NCBI RefSeq assembly: GCF_006345805.1
Contig: NC_043015.1
Location: 31,248,001-31,312,000 of the forward strand
Source: Octopus sinensis
Lineage: Eukaryota
DNA: 64,000 nt
Direction of reading: 5' to 3'
The notes beneath the pieces are model-generated. The model saw nothing but the letters and a program-made list of their open reading frames with translations, did not search any database and was not told the DNA's origin. This document shows positions 1 to 13,822 of this stretch, piece after piece. The position numbers and the translations under genes are program-made. Numbering within the stretch: position 1 is the stretch's first letter; every line of letters starts with the position of its first letter.

Positions 1-3000
1 ACACAGCCATTCCTGAAAGTTTATGAGAATTACTTAATACAGTTTTGAAGTGTAAAGGTGATTTTTTTAAAAATTATCTTTTAAAAAAATGTTATGAAAT
101 TTTTTTATCAGGATGTTACTTTTTGGGGAATAAGTTTCTTCTAGTGTGTGAGCACTTTCGTTTAACCTTTTTGTTATGTCCCACTCCTGCATATCAGTGG
201 CTGTGTGAGCCATGATTCTTTGTCGCCACTGTTATGTCCCGCATAATGACAATGCAAGACTGGCCCAAACAGTGTCAGTCCAGTATTTATTAGTAGTAGG
301 CAGTGGCACGTAAAGAGCACCATCCGATCGTGGCCGTTTGCAGCCTCGTCTGGCACGTAAAAAGCACCCACTACACTCATGGAGTGGTTGGCGTTAGGAA
401 GGGCATCCAGCCGTAGAAACATTGCCAGATTAGACTGGGCCTGGTGCAGCCTTCTGGCTTCCCAGACCCCAGTTGCACCGTCCAACCCATGCCAGCATGG
501 AAAGCGGACGCTAAACGATGATGATGATGAGGCGAGCCCACCTCTCACCTGAGGGCATCTGCCATAACACTTTTCAAACACACGTGCTCTTATATATATG
601 GAAAGAAAAGGTGTATTTCCGTGCAGGAAAAAATATAGGAGAATTTGTTTTGAGATTTGAAAATGCACCTGAATTTGAAAAACGTAAACGTGTAGGTGTT
701 TTTAAATAGATTTATTCACATACATACCAAACTAGTTTCAACAATATTTTATTGATCAAATGTTCACATAGGATTCAATGAGTTTCACATGGACAGATAA
801 TATCAAAGTAATTGTTCAGCAAAGAATATAACAAATGTACATTATTGAAAGTTTGGTCATATTGAGTTTTTTATAGAATATGTGGACAAGACAGAAAAGA
901 AAAAGGGAAAAGAGTAAAAAACGATTTTTTTTACAATTTCTGTCATCGTACATGCAGATCCTTTTTTTTTCTTTTTTGCCAAACATTTACTTTGATATTA
1001 TCCATTCCTGTGAAACTCATGGGCAACTGCTGGTCTTCCATAAACAAATTTGCCCAAACTTGTGCCTCAGAGGGTAACTGTCTAGGTGCAATCCCATGGA
1101 CATCCATGACCAAAGGGAGCCTTTATCCTAAGGAGGAAGATTCATGGCTTATGACCCCTTCCAGCACATACACACCCACTGATTAAAAATGTATTTCTTC
1201 ATCAAGTCACCTATGAAGATGCTATCTTCATGCAAAGTGTTGAGTGTAGTTCAACCTGGGTGAGCCCATCCTTCTTTGGATTTCACCAAAAGAAGTTTAA
1301 CTACAATAATAAGACAAACTGAGGGAACATCTGGGTAGGTATTCAATCTGCAAGAAATAATAGCCACATTCCCTAAATCACAAACTAGTGTCTTAAAAAT
1401 GGAAGGATACGAACGATGTAGTCATGGATATCGTGCAGAAAGAAAAACAAGATGACTATGACGAGTATTTCTTTGATGAACAGTCTGTTGACCAAAATAT
1501 TTCTCGATCAACAGTCTATAGCAAGAACATGATGCAGCAAGGGTTTTGTCTTGCAAGTGACTTGGTGTCCTCACTGCTGCTGGTGCCACATAAAAAGCAC
1601 CCAGTATACCCTGTAAAATGGTTGGCATTGCGAAAGGCATCCAGCCACAGAAACCATACCTAAGCAGACAGTAGGAATTGGAGCAATCTTCTGACTTACC
1701 AGCTCCTGTGGAATTGTCCAACCCATGGAAAAGGAACATTAAATGATGACAATGGAATATGTGATGAAAAAGGTTCTACCAGGAATTGAACTAATGTTGC
1801 AGGAATAGCTTACTGGAAAATCTACTACGGGTTCGTAAGGGAGTGAGGGGTGTGCACGCAAGATTTAAGTTACCTTCTCAAGTCATGTTGACTCACAAAG
1901 GCCGGTTTCTTGGTTTCATGGCATATACATTCTGTACCTGGAAAGGGACACCGGTCTTTCTACAGGATTGCTCATTCTTGCCAGCTGAGTGGACTGGAGC
2001 AACATGAATTGAAGTGTTTTGCTCAAGAACACAACGCGTCGACCAATCCAGGAATTGAAACCACAATCTTATGCTCATAAGTCCAATACTCTAACCACTA
2101 AGCCACGTGTCTCCACACATAAATCATTAACAGGAAACCACAGAAACAGGTGAAAGGTGTATATGAAAGGTGTTGGTGGATCAATAGAAACCAATTATAA
2201 TTAACATGAAGTAAACACAGAGAGAGAGAGAGAAAGGAAAGTAGAGCAAAAAATGATGATGATGATGATGACCGTGATCAGGATGACAGCAATGGCAATG
2301 ATAGTCAATGAGACATTCTAAGAGGGGACTTCAATTTATAACAGTCATTAGACTAGAGTGAATGGGAATTCTTGGGAAACATAAAAAACACTTAACAAAA
2401 CAGAAACACGACATGGGCGGAGATGATCAAGAGCTAAAACAAAGCAGTGACACTGGAATCAATGGCTTTCAATACATGACTCACCAAGTTAATAGATGAA
2501 ATATCAGCAAATATACATCGTAGAATATTGATTGCTTAAAACGTTGACATTGATTTTGTTGACGGTTAATAGCAAGAACAAAACAAATATCTGCAGTTAA
2601 TGAGCCAGAAGCAGAAAATGAATTCATTATCATTAAATTCATCAATTTAATGACTTTTACCACTTTCCAATCTCCCCCTCGAGCCCCACCACCACCACAC
2701 TTACAACGTTAACACTTCAATGACAAAGCCTTCGCTTAAAAAGTAAATAACCTATTTAGCAATCACTTATTTTAATGGCTTCTCAATAATTACACCTATA
2801 TGTTATATCAGAGCGTGTGTGTACACACGCAAACACGGACAATGGACATTTTGTTCTGGACTGCAAGTAAGAATGAGTACAAAAAAACACTACTAGAAGC
2901 AAAATATATAAAGAAATACACACACACACACACACAAATATATAGATAGATAGATAGATAGATAGATATCGTGCCGGTGGCACGTAAAAAGCACCAACCG

Positions 3001-3223
3001 ATCGAGGCCGTTGCCAGCCCTTGCCGGGCACCTGTGTCGGTGGCACGTAAGAAGCATCCACTACACTCACGGAGTGGTTGGCGTTAGGAAGGGCATCCAG
3101 CTGTAGAAACACTGCCAGATCAGACTGGAGCCTGGTGCAGCCTTCTGGTTCCTAGACCTCGGTTGAACCGTCCAACCCATGCTAGCATGGAAAACAGACG
3201 TTAAACGATGATGATGATGATTG

Positions 3224-3264
<41 letters not shown>

Positions 3265-3357
3265 AAGTTAATCCAAACATGAAAACACAACAATGCGAGG
3301 ACATGGAACAAGTGTAGTGTTATTGGACGCTCAGGAAAGGAAAGCAACATACCTATA

Positions 3358-3389
<32 letters not shown>

Positions 3390-4989
3390 TACATACATAT
3401 ATATATATGGCTCAGTGGTTAGAGCATCAGGCTCACTATCATAAGGTAGTGAGTTCGATTCCTGTGTTGTGTTCTTGATTACTCTTTAATGCTTCTCTTT
3501 TGTTTTTCAGTCTGTCTCTGAAATAGTAGAGTAGAGAGAAAGAGAGAGAGGATAGTATTGATGATGTTGGCAGCAAACCATTGATACAAGCAGTTTGCTG
3601 CAGGACACAAGTGAAGATTGAAGCCAAGCTCTGCCAGCTTAAATAAAGCTGGATGCATAGAGGCAATGCCAATGCAGTCACTGATGAAAGGAACAGTGAG
3701 ATGGTCGTGGATTGAAAACCGAGACAAGTGGAGAGGTTCAAGTATCTCAGGACGGTATTCACAAGTGATGGGAAGCAGGAGGCTGAATGGATGTCGTAAT
3801 CACAGGTGCTGGCATAGTAATGAGCCAACACCAGCATTTGATCCTCAAAAGAGGAGCGGTTGGTAAAAAAAACCAAACTCACTATCTTCAGTTCGGTTTC
3901 CATGCCTATCCTCAACTATCCTCATCAATGTTAGAAATCAGATATATATTTCTTTATTGCCCACAAGGGGCTAAACGTAGAGGGGACAAACAAGGACAGA
4001 CAAAGGGATTAAGTCGATTACATCGACCCCAGTGTGTAACTGGTACTTTATTTACCGACCCCGAAAGGATGAAAGGCAAAATCGACTTCAGCAGTACTTG
4101 AACTCAGAACATAACGGCAGACAAAATACGGCTACGCATTTCGCCCAGCGTGCTAACATTTCTGCCAGCTCGCCGCTCAAAATATATATCCACTCAAAAT
4201 ATCATTGCCCTTAACTACAGAAAGCAGTCGTATATACCAATCTACCTTTTGTTAAAGAATGCTGTGTCTGAAACCATTTTTATGCTGAGATATGTCAAGT
4301 TTATTGAGGCAACGAGACTAGAAAAAAAATACCAATTCTAACTTTTGAAAGATATTTAACATCATTAATTTTGCAGTTAAAAGGTTGAATATCACAATAT
4401 GTAAAGAGCAGCAATAACTGATGTGCACATGTGGCTTCTGATATATATAAATGGAATTCCTCTTTAATAACTTGAATCTAGGCATCATCAGATACTTCTG
4501 CATAAATGTAATACTAGTAAGACCAAATTGCCAAAACGACAGCATTTTAAAATAAATAAGATGAAACTTGTTAATATATGCACTGACAGGATACATTCCA
4601 CACATTTGATACAGACTTAGTAAAATTTTCTTGAAAACTCTTCAAAAGATTGGTGCATGTATGTGTATATAAGAGAGAGAGTGTATAATGTATATACATC
4701 CATTTTCTCTCCCTACTGGAAAAGTTGTGGGGGTGTCCTCAGTGCCTCCTCCATAGGGTCATATCAGGAACATTTGTCATTGCATTTTGAAGCTGATTTC
4801 CCAAGCATGACCAACAGAGACCATAAATATTATCCAACCATTTCATTCTTGGGTTACCCCTGGGTCACCTACCAGTTGGCTCAGGTTGAAGAATTTGGTT
4901 CTTTTTTGGGGTTTTTTTTTAATGAAATGGATTGACGCGCATAGTTGTTGTAGAAGTGGTTTCAAAATCAGTGAATGTAGAATCAGTCA

Positions 4990-5230
4990 GCTGATACTCG
5001 CAGACGATTTGGCTCAGTAGAAGGTGATTTCCAACATGTACTGAATAGGTTTGCTGCTAAGCGCTGCAAGGCAGGGATGAGAATTAGTGCTGCAAAGGCT
5101 GAAACATTGGTCCTCTCAAGATAGTCTTCCCAGTGCATTCAGCATGTTAATGGAACCTCACTGAGACAAGTGGAGAGGTTTAAGTATCTCGGGGCCGTAT
5201 TCACAAGTGATGGGAAGCAGGAGGCTGGTA
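4990..5230 (+). mobile_element. RTE-clade RT fragment
   Basis: LADDL...GMRISAAKAETLV...QVERFKYLGAVFTSDGKQE. A related piece lies at ~3725-3790. Confidence 0.7.
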
Positions 5231-5763
5231 TTCATGGGCAGCAGCTGGTCTTCCATAAACAAATTTGCCCGGACTTGTACCTCGGAGGGGAACTTTTTAG
5301 GTGCAATCTCATGGTTATTCATGATCGAAAGGGATTCCTTACCCTATTTGAGATCTATTTATATTGTCCTTTAATACTTTTAGACATGATAATCCCTATA
5401 TTCTAAGTATTTGTATAGCAAGTAAATATTTGGATTAGTATTATTGAGATTAGATATAGAAAGAACTTGTTGAATTCTAAGGGTATCAAACTGTCATCTT
5501 AAGGCTTCATATTCGTAATCTGTACGTATCCCCTCATGGGGGCTCAGTCTACATAGCAATGAATAGGCATCATCAGGATGTACGACCCCTCCCCCTTCTT
5601 TAAAGAGCATGGAGTTCTTGATTGCTTCATCATCTTGATTGCATTGCTAAGATCAGATGATGAAACATAACAGGAAAACACACAACTGCACCCAATTTAT
5701 ATTTCCTAAGGGACCATGAAATAAACAGGATCAACACATCTCCCTACAACACCTTCAATGGTA

Positions 5764-6157
5764 GGCGCAGGAGTGGCTGTGTGGTAAGTAGCTTGCTTAC
5801 CAACCACATGGCTCCGGGTTCAGTCCCACTGCGTGGTACCTTGGGCAAATGTCTTCTGCTATAGCCTCGGGCCAACCAATGGATTTGGTAGATGGAAACT
5901 GAAAGAAGCCTGTCGTATATATGTATATATATACATATGTGTGTGTTTGTGTGTCTGTGTTTGTCCTCCTAGCATTGCTTGACAACCGATGCTGGTGTGT
6001 TTACGTCCCCGTCACTTAGTGGTTCGGCAAAAGAGACCGATAGAATAAGTACTGGGCTTACAAAGAATAAGTCCCAGGGTTGATTTGCTCGACTAAAGGC
6101 GGTGCTCCAGCATGGCCACAGTCAAATGACTGAAACAAGCAAAAAAAGAAAAAAGAG
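5764..6157 (+). mobile_element. tRNA-derived SINE family A (CORE-like centre, internal (TA)/(TG) tract, (AAAAGAGT)n tail); representative copy
   Basis: A-box TGGCTGTGTGG, B-box GGTTCAGTCCC. Other + copies at about 9586-10052, 11951-12348, 27289-27746, 30820-31205, 32857-33245, 33685-34085, 39737-40138 and 60470-60715. Confidence 0.9.
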
Positions 6158-7065
6158 GTACAAACTAATTAAAAATGAGCCAAGTTATATTTTAAGATCA
6201 ACTTATTTCAAAAGTTTATGCTTCAGAAAAGAGGACATCGGTTAAAACATCACAATTATTACAAATATTGATTGAATACAGTCGAAAACTGGACAAGGAA
6301 TATTCACTTATTTGTTTTGTTTTAGATTTTTTTTTTCGTGTTATTGCTGCTATTATCCATTTCATATATTTATTTATTTTTTAGAATAAAACAGGTGCTT
6401 AGCAACACTTTTTCTCAACAGCCAGACACAGAGCTTCCAAGATCAGAGGCAAATGATTAGACGGAGATCAATAGATCAGTATGGATATAGACACTTAAGT
6501 CAATATATGACAGCAACTATATGATATTGTCAACAGTAGCAGGTACTGACCAAATATCTTTCTCCATTTGGTCAATATCATTATGGAGAAGAATAGTAAC
6601 ATAATGCAAAACCAAATCATGCAGCATATATACAGAAGAGACAAAATAAATTCTCTACTAGCAAACCATTGTTCTTATGGAAATGAATTAACAAGAAGCT
6701 ATGCAGTGAGTAGCTATATAGTAAAAAAGAAAAACCACAGATCACAGATGATCATGGCTAATTCTTTAATGCTAATAGATCGTGTATACTTTGTCTTCTC
6801 TCCCACCCACTAGCCCACCCCTGCTAATAATTTTATGACATTAGGATGCTGGGTAGACAAACGTGTAATAGCAATTAGTATTAATGAAAGACTTCTATTG
6901 TTTACTTACGATTCTGGAGGGAATTCTTGGGTCAATAATCAGACACAAAAAAAAAATAATAAAAATGGATGGGAACTTCAAACAAATAATGAAAGTATGA
7001 TTAAATTGCTAAAGCCTAATTTGGGAATATAACAGCTAATTTGGCAAATATAAAAGACATTAGGA

Positions 7066-7136
<71 letters not shown>

Positions 7137-7799
7137 GTTCCCATGGCAGCTTTTCCATGATATGAATGAAGAGTTACATCAAGAGCATTTGAATCATGTT
7201 TGAAATGTCAGGCCAACTTTCGCATCATCACAGATGTCCTCCCACACTAAATGCTGGAAATGGGAATATTCCTACTGCAAGAAACATCGGAGGGGACGAG
7301 ATCCCATTATTTGAGTAGGTTTGAAAGTCCTAAAGAACTGAGATTCAATACGTGATATCTTTGCTATACAGACAATTATAATATAGAGAAGTATTACCTA
7401 TGAAAGAATCATCAGCTTTATCATCATTTTAATTAAGGTGGCAAACTGGCAGAACCATTAGCACACTGGGCAAAATGCTAAACAGTATTTTCTCCGTCTG
7501 TACATTCTGAGTTCAAATTCTGATGAGGTCCACTTTTCCTTTCAACCTTTCAGGGGTCGATAAAATAAGTACCAGTTGAACATTGGGGTCAATGTAATTG
7601 AGTCATCCCCTCCCCCAAAATTGTTGCCCTTGTGCCAGAATTTGAAATTATTATTATTATTATTAAGGGACATCATAAAGAAATCCCAAATGAAGTGTCA
7701 AGTATGGTTGCCAACAAAAATTGGAGGTTCTATAAACCATAACTCGGGTTCATTCACTAAGAGGACAGGAAATAGCTCTTTGTTGTTTTGTCTTCAGTA

Positions 7800-8190
7800 A
7801 GTCTTTAGTCCTCCTGTAACATTATTCATTAGTCTTTAGTCCACTGTAATACTACTGATTAGTTTTTAACCACCCGGTAATCCTCTCAAACAGATTTTAG
7901 TTATCATGAACTTTATTGATAAGTCTTTAGTCTTCTTGTAATATTATTCATTAGTCTTTTGTCCACTGTAATACTACTGATTAGTTTTTAACCATCCGGT
8001 AATCCTCTCAAATAGAATTGAGTTATCATGAACTTTATTCATTAGTCTTTAGTCCTCCTGTAATATTATTCATTAGTCTTTAGTCCACTGTAATACTACT
8101 AATTAGTTTTTAACCATCCGGTAATCCTCTCAAACAGAATTGAGTTATCATGAACTTTATTGATAAGTCTTTAGTCTTCTTGTAACTTCA
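7800..8190. repeat. 122-bp tandem repeat, about 3.2 copies
   Basis: Units start at 7800, 7922, 8044 and 8166. Confidence 0.9.
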
Positions 8191-8880
8191 TCAATTAATC
8201 TTTAATAATCTGTAATTGTACTGTAATCTCATTGATTAGTCATCAGGCCTGTCATGCCATTTGATTAGTGTGTAATCCTCTTGTAATCCTACCGACTGGT
8301 CGTGTTTTTATGTCATTCAAAGAGAGAGGAATGCTCAAGTGTTGTTTGTTTTTGCTTTCTTTGGGTCTCACAGGAAGATTTAAATCAGTACTTGAAGCTA
8401 ATAAAACACTTCAATATGAAGAGTCAGTCATTGCATACCACTCTGTAGTATCCAAATTGAAGCTAGGTGAACTCCACTATAGCACTGAAGTACCGACAGG
8501 GTACCGTTACCAAACTTTTCAGCTAACTGTCCCGGTCCCCCTTTCAACTCTACAATCAACGCCTTTGCTTTATCTTTTATTCTTTTACTTGTTTCAGTCA
8601 TTTGACTGCGGCCATGCTGGAGCACCGTCTCAAAGGGTTCTTTTTTTTTTTCAGTCAAACAAATCAATCCCCAGGACTTCTTTTTTTAAGCCTAGTACTT
8701 ATTCTATCATTCTCTCTTGCGAAACCGCTAAGTTACAGGGACATAAACATACCAACACTGGTTGTCAAGTGGCGGTGGGGACAAACACCAGGCACAAAGA
8801 CACACACATGGGTATCTATATCCCATAGTGGGTTACCCTCATAACCCCTATCTTACTTTGTACTATATACATATATATAT

Positions 8881-8956
<76 letters not shown>

Positions 8957-8986
8957 GTGTGCATATATATATATAAATAGTTAGTT

Positions 8987-9197
8987 AAAGTTAATCCAAA
9001 CATGAAAGCACAAAAAAACACAACAACGCGAGGACGTGGAACAAATATAGTATTATTGGATGCTCAGGAAAGAAGGAAAGAAGGAGGGTTTAACGTTTCA
9101 AGCGGAGCTCTTCGTCGGAAACATAGGAGAAGGAAAGATCCAGAGAAGGGAAGACAGATGAAAAAATAATCGCCAATGGTACACACGCGGTCACATT

Positions 9198-9200
<3 letters not shown>
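8987..9200 (-). mobile_element. ~210-bp non-coding repeat carrying a minimal HHR-like motif (family H)
   Basis: Near-identical copies at 22247-22430 and 39501-39704, and a truncated copy at 3265-3344. All lie next to TA-rich microsatellites. No Pol III A/B boxes or TIRs seen. Strand assigned from the HHR. Confidence 0.8.
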
Positions 9201-9235
<35 letters not shown>

Positions 9236-10633
9236 GAGTTTCTTTCAGTTTTCATCTAACAAATCCATTCACAAGGCTTTGGTTGGCCCGAGGCTATAGT
9301 AGAAGACACTTGCCCAAAGTGGCATGCAGTGGGACTGAACCCGGAACCATCTGGCTGTAAAGCAAGCTCCTTACCACACAGCCAAACCTGTACCTGGGAC
9401 ACAAAAGTTTCAATTCCTCTTAATAACTTTTAACTGTCAGTTTTGGAGGGAACTCATTTTTTTTTGGTGGGGAGGGTGTTACCAGCTTCAAACTCTCCCA
9501 TATTTTCTCAGTGTCTTACCTAATAGAGCTTAAGCCATCTTGGAAGAAACAATTGAATGACTATTTTCTTTTTGTTTTGCGACTAGGCACAGGAGTGGCT
9601 GTGGTAAGTAGCTTGCTTACCAACCACATGGTTCCGGGTTCAGTCCCACTGCGTGGCATCTTGGGCAAGTGTCTTCTGCTATAGCCCCGGGCCGACCAAT
9701 GCCTTATGAGTGGATTTGGTAGACGGAAACTGAAAGAAACCTGTCGTATATATGTATATATATACATATATGTGTATGTGTGTGTGTTTGTCCCCCTAGC
9801 ATTGCTTGACAACCGATGCTGGTGTGTTTACGTCCCCGTCACTTAGCGGTTTGGCAAAGAGACCGATAGAATAAGTACTGGGCTTACAAAGAATAAGTCC
9901 CGGGGTCGATTTGCTCGACTAAAGGCGGTGCTCCAGCATGGTTGCAGTCAAATGACTGAAACAAGTAAAAGAGTAAAAGAGAAAAGAGAGAGAGATGTGC
10001 TCCAGCATGGCCACAGTCAAATGACTGAAACAAGTAAAAGAGTAAAAGAGAGTAGTCAAACATCCAGTAAGAGAAACTAGTTATCTGGAAATCCTTTCAC
10101 AACTTGTAACAAAGAAAACAATCACACAGGTTATTTACATCCTACTTTAGCTGTCAAAAGATTTTTCTAGATTGCAATAAAACTTTACTCTCATTTTGTT
10201 TAGTTCAAAACAGGATACAGAACAATAGCATTTTGGTGTGGTGTGATGTAGTGGTGGGGTGAGATATGTCTGGCAAGGTGTGGCTTTGATGTACTGAGTA
10301 TGTGAATGCAATATGTGGCTTCTTTCGTACTAACTCCTGAATATAGCTTTGAGCCCTTGGCAAGTATATATATATATATATATACACACACTCATATATA
10401 TATATATACACACATATATGTATACATATATATATATACACATAGATACACACACACACATACACACACACATATATGTTAAGTGTTTGTAGGATTTATT
10501 GTTGCCAAAATGAGAGGGGCAATATATGGTCCACACCTTGGTATTTCCAAACCAAATTTTAAATTTTAAGATATTATTTTTTTAATTCACCTAAAGAAAA
10601 TGTTTTCTTTTCAACATGTGTGTGTATGTATAT

Positions 10634-10678
<45 letters not shown>

Positions 10679-11284
10679 CCTTGGAGTGTTTCGTCAAACA
10701 AATCAAGCCCAGTATTTATTTTTTCTTTTAATTTTGATATACTTATTCTATTAGACTCTTTTGCCAAACTGCTAAGTTACAGGGACATAAACAAACCAAC
10801 ACCACTTGTCAAGTGGTTGTTGTGAACAAAAACAAACAAAAATAAATACACATAGATATACATATGATAGACTTTGCCAACCACTTTACAGAGTGGACTG
10901 GGTGTTTTTTACATGGCACCAGCACCCGTGAGGTCTGTTTTGGCATGGGTTTTTTTTATGGCCGGATGCCCTTCCTAATGCCAACCACTTTACAGAGCGG
11001 ACAGGGTGCTTTTTATGTGGTATCAACACTGTTGAGGTCTGCTTTGACATGAGTTTTACATTTGAATGCCTTTCCAAATGCCAACCACTTTACAGAGTGG
11101 ACTGGATGCCTTTTCACATGGCACCAGCACCAGCAAAGTCACGAAGAAACTTGCAGTAGAATAAGTGCCTGGTTTAAAAATAAATTAAGTATTGGGGTCA
11201 AGCAGTTCAACTAAACACTTCCAAGTGGTGCCCCAGCATGGCTGCAATTTAATGACTGAAGTGCGTAAAAAGCAAAAGAATATA

Positions 11285-11677
11285 TCTTTATATATAAAAG
11301 TGAGGTTGTGTGCTGTCTGTCTCCTACGATTTAGATTCCTTACTCCCACATTTTGCGGTGCAGTTTAACCAAAACCGGGTATCTTATAGTCGTGATTCAT
11401 ATCGAGCCCTTCTGGGTATTAGCGCGCATCTACGATGAGTCTACGATATAAAAAAAAATTTACCATCAATTTTTCCCACTTTTAATGCATTTTTGGCATA
11501 TATAAGGGAAGTAACTCTCTAAAAATTTATTATTAAATCTCAGAACGTAAAAAGCTACAGTACCCCCCCCCCTTTGTGGTTAGCCATATTGAGATGGCTA
11601 TTATACTTTACATCTCTAAAAATGCTTATATAGTTATTTCCCTTACAAACCCGAGCAACGCCGGGCGATACTGCTAG
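11285..11677 (+). mobile_element. Non-autonomous Helitron
   Basis: A|TC 5' end, subterminal hairpin CCCGAGCAACGCCGGG at 11650-11665, CTAG|T 3' end, AT target without TSD. Confidence 0.85.
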
Positions 11678-13476
11678 TATATTATATTTGCAGGCCCTTT
11701 AGAAATTGTAAACAACACTATTGATGTAGTTTCAAATCCTTGGTTGTCTTTCAAAAATTATGATTATTTACTCATAAACAGGGAGTGGGTTGACCTCAAT
11801 GAAATTACTGCTAACAAGGAGAAATAATGTGATTGAGACAACGGGGGGGAAAAAAAAATATTTTTCACACAATCCGTGAGACATTGTAAGATATTGTGAT
11901 TGTATAAGAAAGGATAATGATATTATTAACAGAAAAAATATATATATAGTCGTAGGAGTGGCTGTGTGGTAAGTAGCTTGCTTACCAACCACATGGTTCT
12001 GGGTTCAGTCCCGCTGCGTGGCATCTTGGGCAAGTGTCTTCTGCTGTAGCCCCGGGCCGACCAATGCCTTGTGAGTGGATTTGGTAGACGGAAACTGAAA
12101 GAAGCCCGTCGTATATATGTTTATATATATATGTGTGTGTGTGTTTGTGTCTGTGTTAGTCCCCCTAGTATTGCTTGACAACCGATGCTGGTGTGTTTAT
12201 GTCTCCGTCACTTAGCAGTTCGGCAAAAGAGACCGATACAGTGAGTACAAGGCTTAGAAAGAATAAGTCCTGGGGTCGATTTTCTCGACTAAAGGTGGTG
12301 CTCCAGCATGGCCACAGTCAAATGATTGAAACAAGTAAAAGAGTAAGAGTATATATATATTTACGTCATCATCATTTAATGCCCATTCTCCATGCTGATA
12401 TGGCTCAGCCAGTTTGACCTGAGCTAGTAAGCCAGAGAACTGCACCAAGCTCCAGTCGTCTGTTTTTGATTTCTATGGCTGGATGCCCTTCCTAATGCCA
12501 ACCGCTTTACAGAGCGTACTGGGTGTCTTTTATGTATCACTAGCATGAATGCCCTTTTATATGTCATCAGCATGGGTGCCTTCCATGTACCACCAGCATG
12601 GGTGCCCTTTACATGTGACCAGCGTGGGTGTCTTATGTATCACTGACATTTTACATTCCACTGGCACAGGTACCTCTTATATGTCACCGGCACAGGTGCT
12701 TTTTACATGTCACCAACACTGGCCACGACTATGATTTCACTTAGCTGGAAATGTCTTCTCAAGCTTAACAAATAGCTTGAAGTCTTGGTCACTTGTCATC
12801 GCCTCTGTGAGACTCAACAAACCAAAGATCAATATTTCACCACCTTGTTCCATGTCTTCCTGGGTCTACCTCTTCCACAGGTTCCCTCAGATATACATAT
12901 ACATATTCCATTTCAGATATCAGAGAGTGTAGACTTTAGCAATTGTTTTTCTGTAGTAAAAATTACATACTCCAAACTAATTTATAAGAAACTTTTTTTA
13001 ATTTTACTATCATCATCATCGTCGTTTAACATCCACTTTCCATGCTAGCATGGGTTGGACGATTTTGACTGAGGGCTGGCGAACCAGATGGCTGCACCAG
13101 GCTCCAATCTTGATATGGCAGAGTTTCTACAGCTGGATGCCCTTCCTACTATATATATAGATGTCACTTAAAATATTTACTGGGTGGAAAGCAGACATGC
13201 AAATGATGACAATGATGTGGTCAGCATTTCAATGTATTTTCTATTATTCAAGGTGGTGAGCTGGCAGAATCATTAGCACGACAGGTAAAATGCTTAGCAG
13301 CATTTCATCTGTCTTTACAAACTGAGTTCAAATTCCACCAAGGTTGACTTTACCTGTCATCCTTTCAGTGTCGATAAAATAAGTACCAGTTGAACACTGG
13401 AGTTGATGTAATTAAGTTACCCCTTCGACCAAACTTGCTGATTTTGTGCCAAAATTTGGAACCAGTTTATTTTCTA

Positions 13477-13822
13477 CTAGTGCATGCATATACAGCTGCA
13501 TGCATGCGCACATACACGCGAGTATTGTCCAAATCTCCGACCAATCACATACAGCTAGCTGGCATTCACTTGGCGTATCAAGTTTCGGGCATTTTCATTG
13601 GGTTTTGGATAGAAAATTCACAAAAAAGTCACTTCTATTGATTTTTTAAAAATGGCTTTGCGGGGTGACTGGGGAAATGTAAAGATGTGCACAACCACCC
13701 TTGGACGGTTTTGAATGACCATAGAAAGTGCGAGCCCTCTAACTGAAAAACTGTGGATTTGTATAAAGGACACACACACACACACAAACAGACATTTTGC
13801 CGTTCATATATATATAGAGAGA
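13477..13822 (-). mobile_element. Probable non-autonomous Helitron
   Basis: Minus-strand A|TCTCTCTATATAT 5' end and CTAG|T at 13480-13476. The hairpin spacing is atypical. Confidence 0.5.

Noticed and set aside
4318-4520. Minus-strand IQVIKEEF segment as DGK exon 2
   Set aside because: Lacks the KEG.L.KQ and RW..RYF PH-domain motifs.
5578-5605. Minus-strand purine tract AAAGAAGGGGGAGGG resembling an LTR-element PPT
   Set aside because: Followed by TC not TG, with no adjacent integrase sequence; insufficient support.
5797-5985. Recurrent MSSNAR.../MFLQLDALPNANHS... ORFs
   Set aside because: Chance reading frames in SINE A and SINE C consensus sequences.
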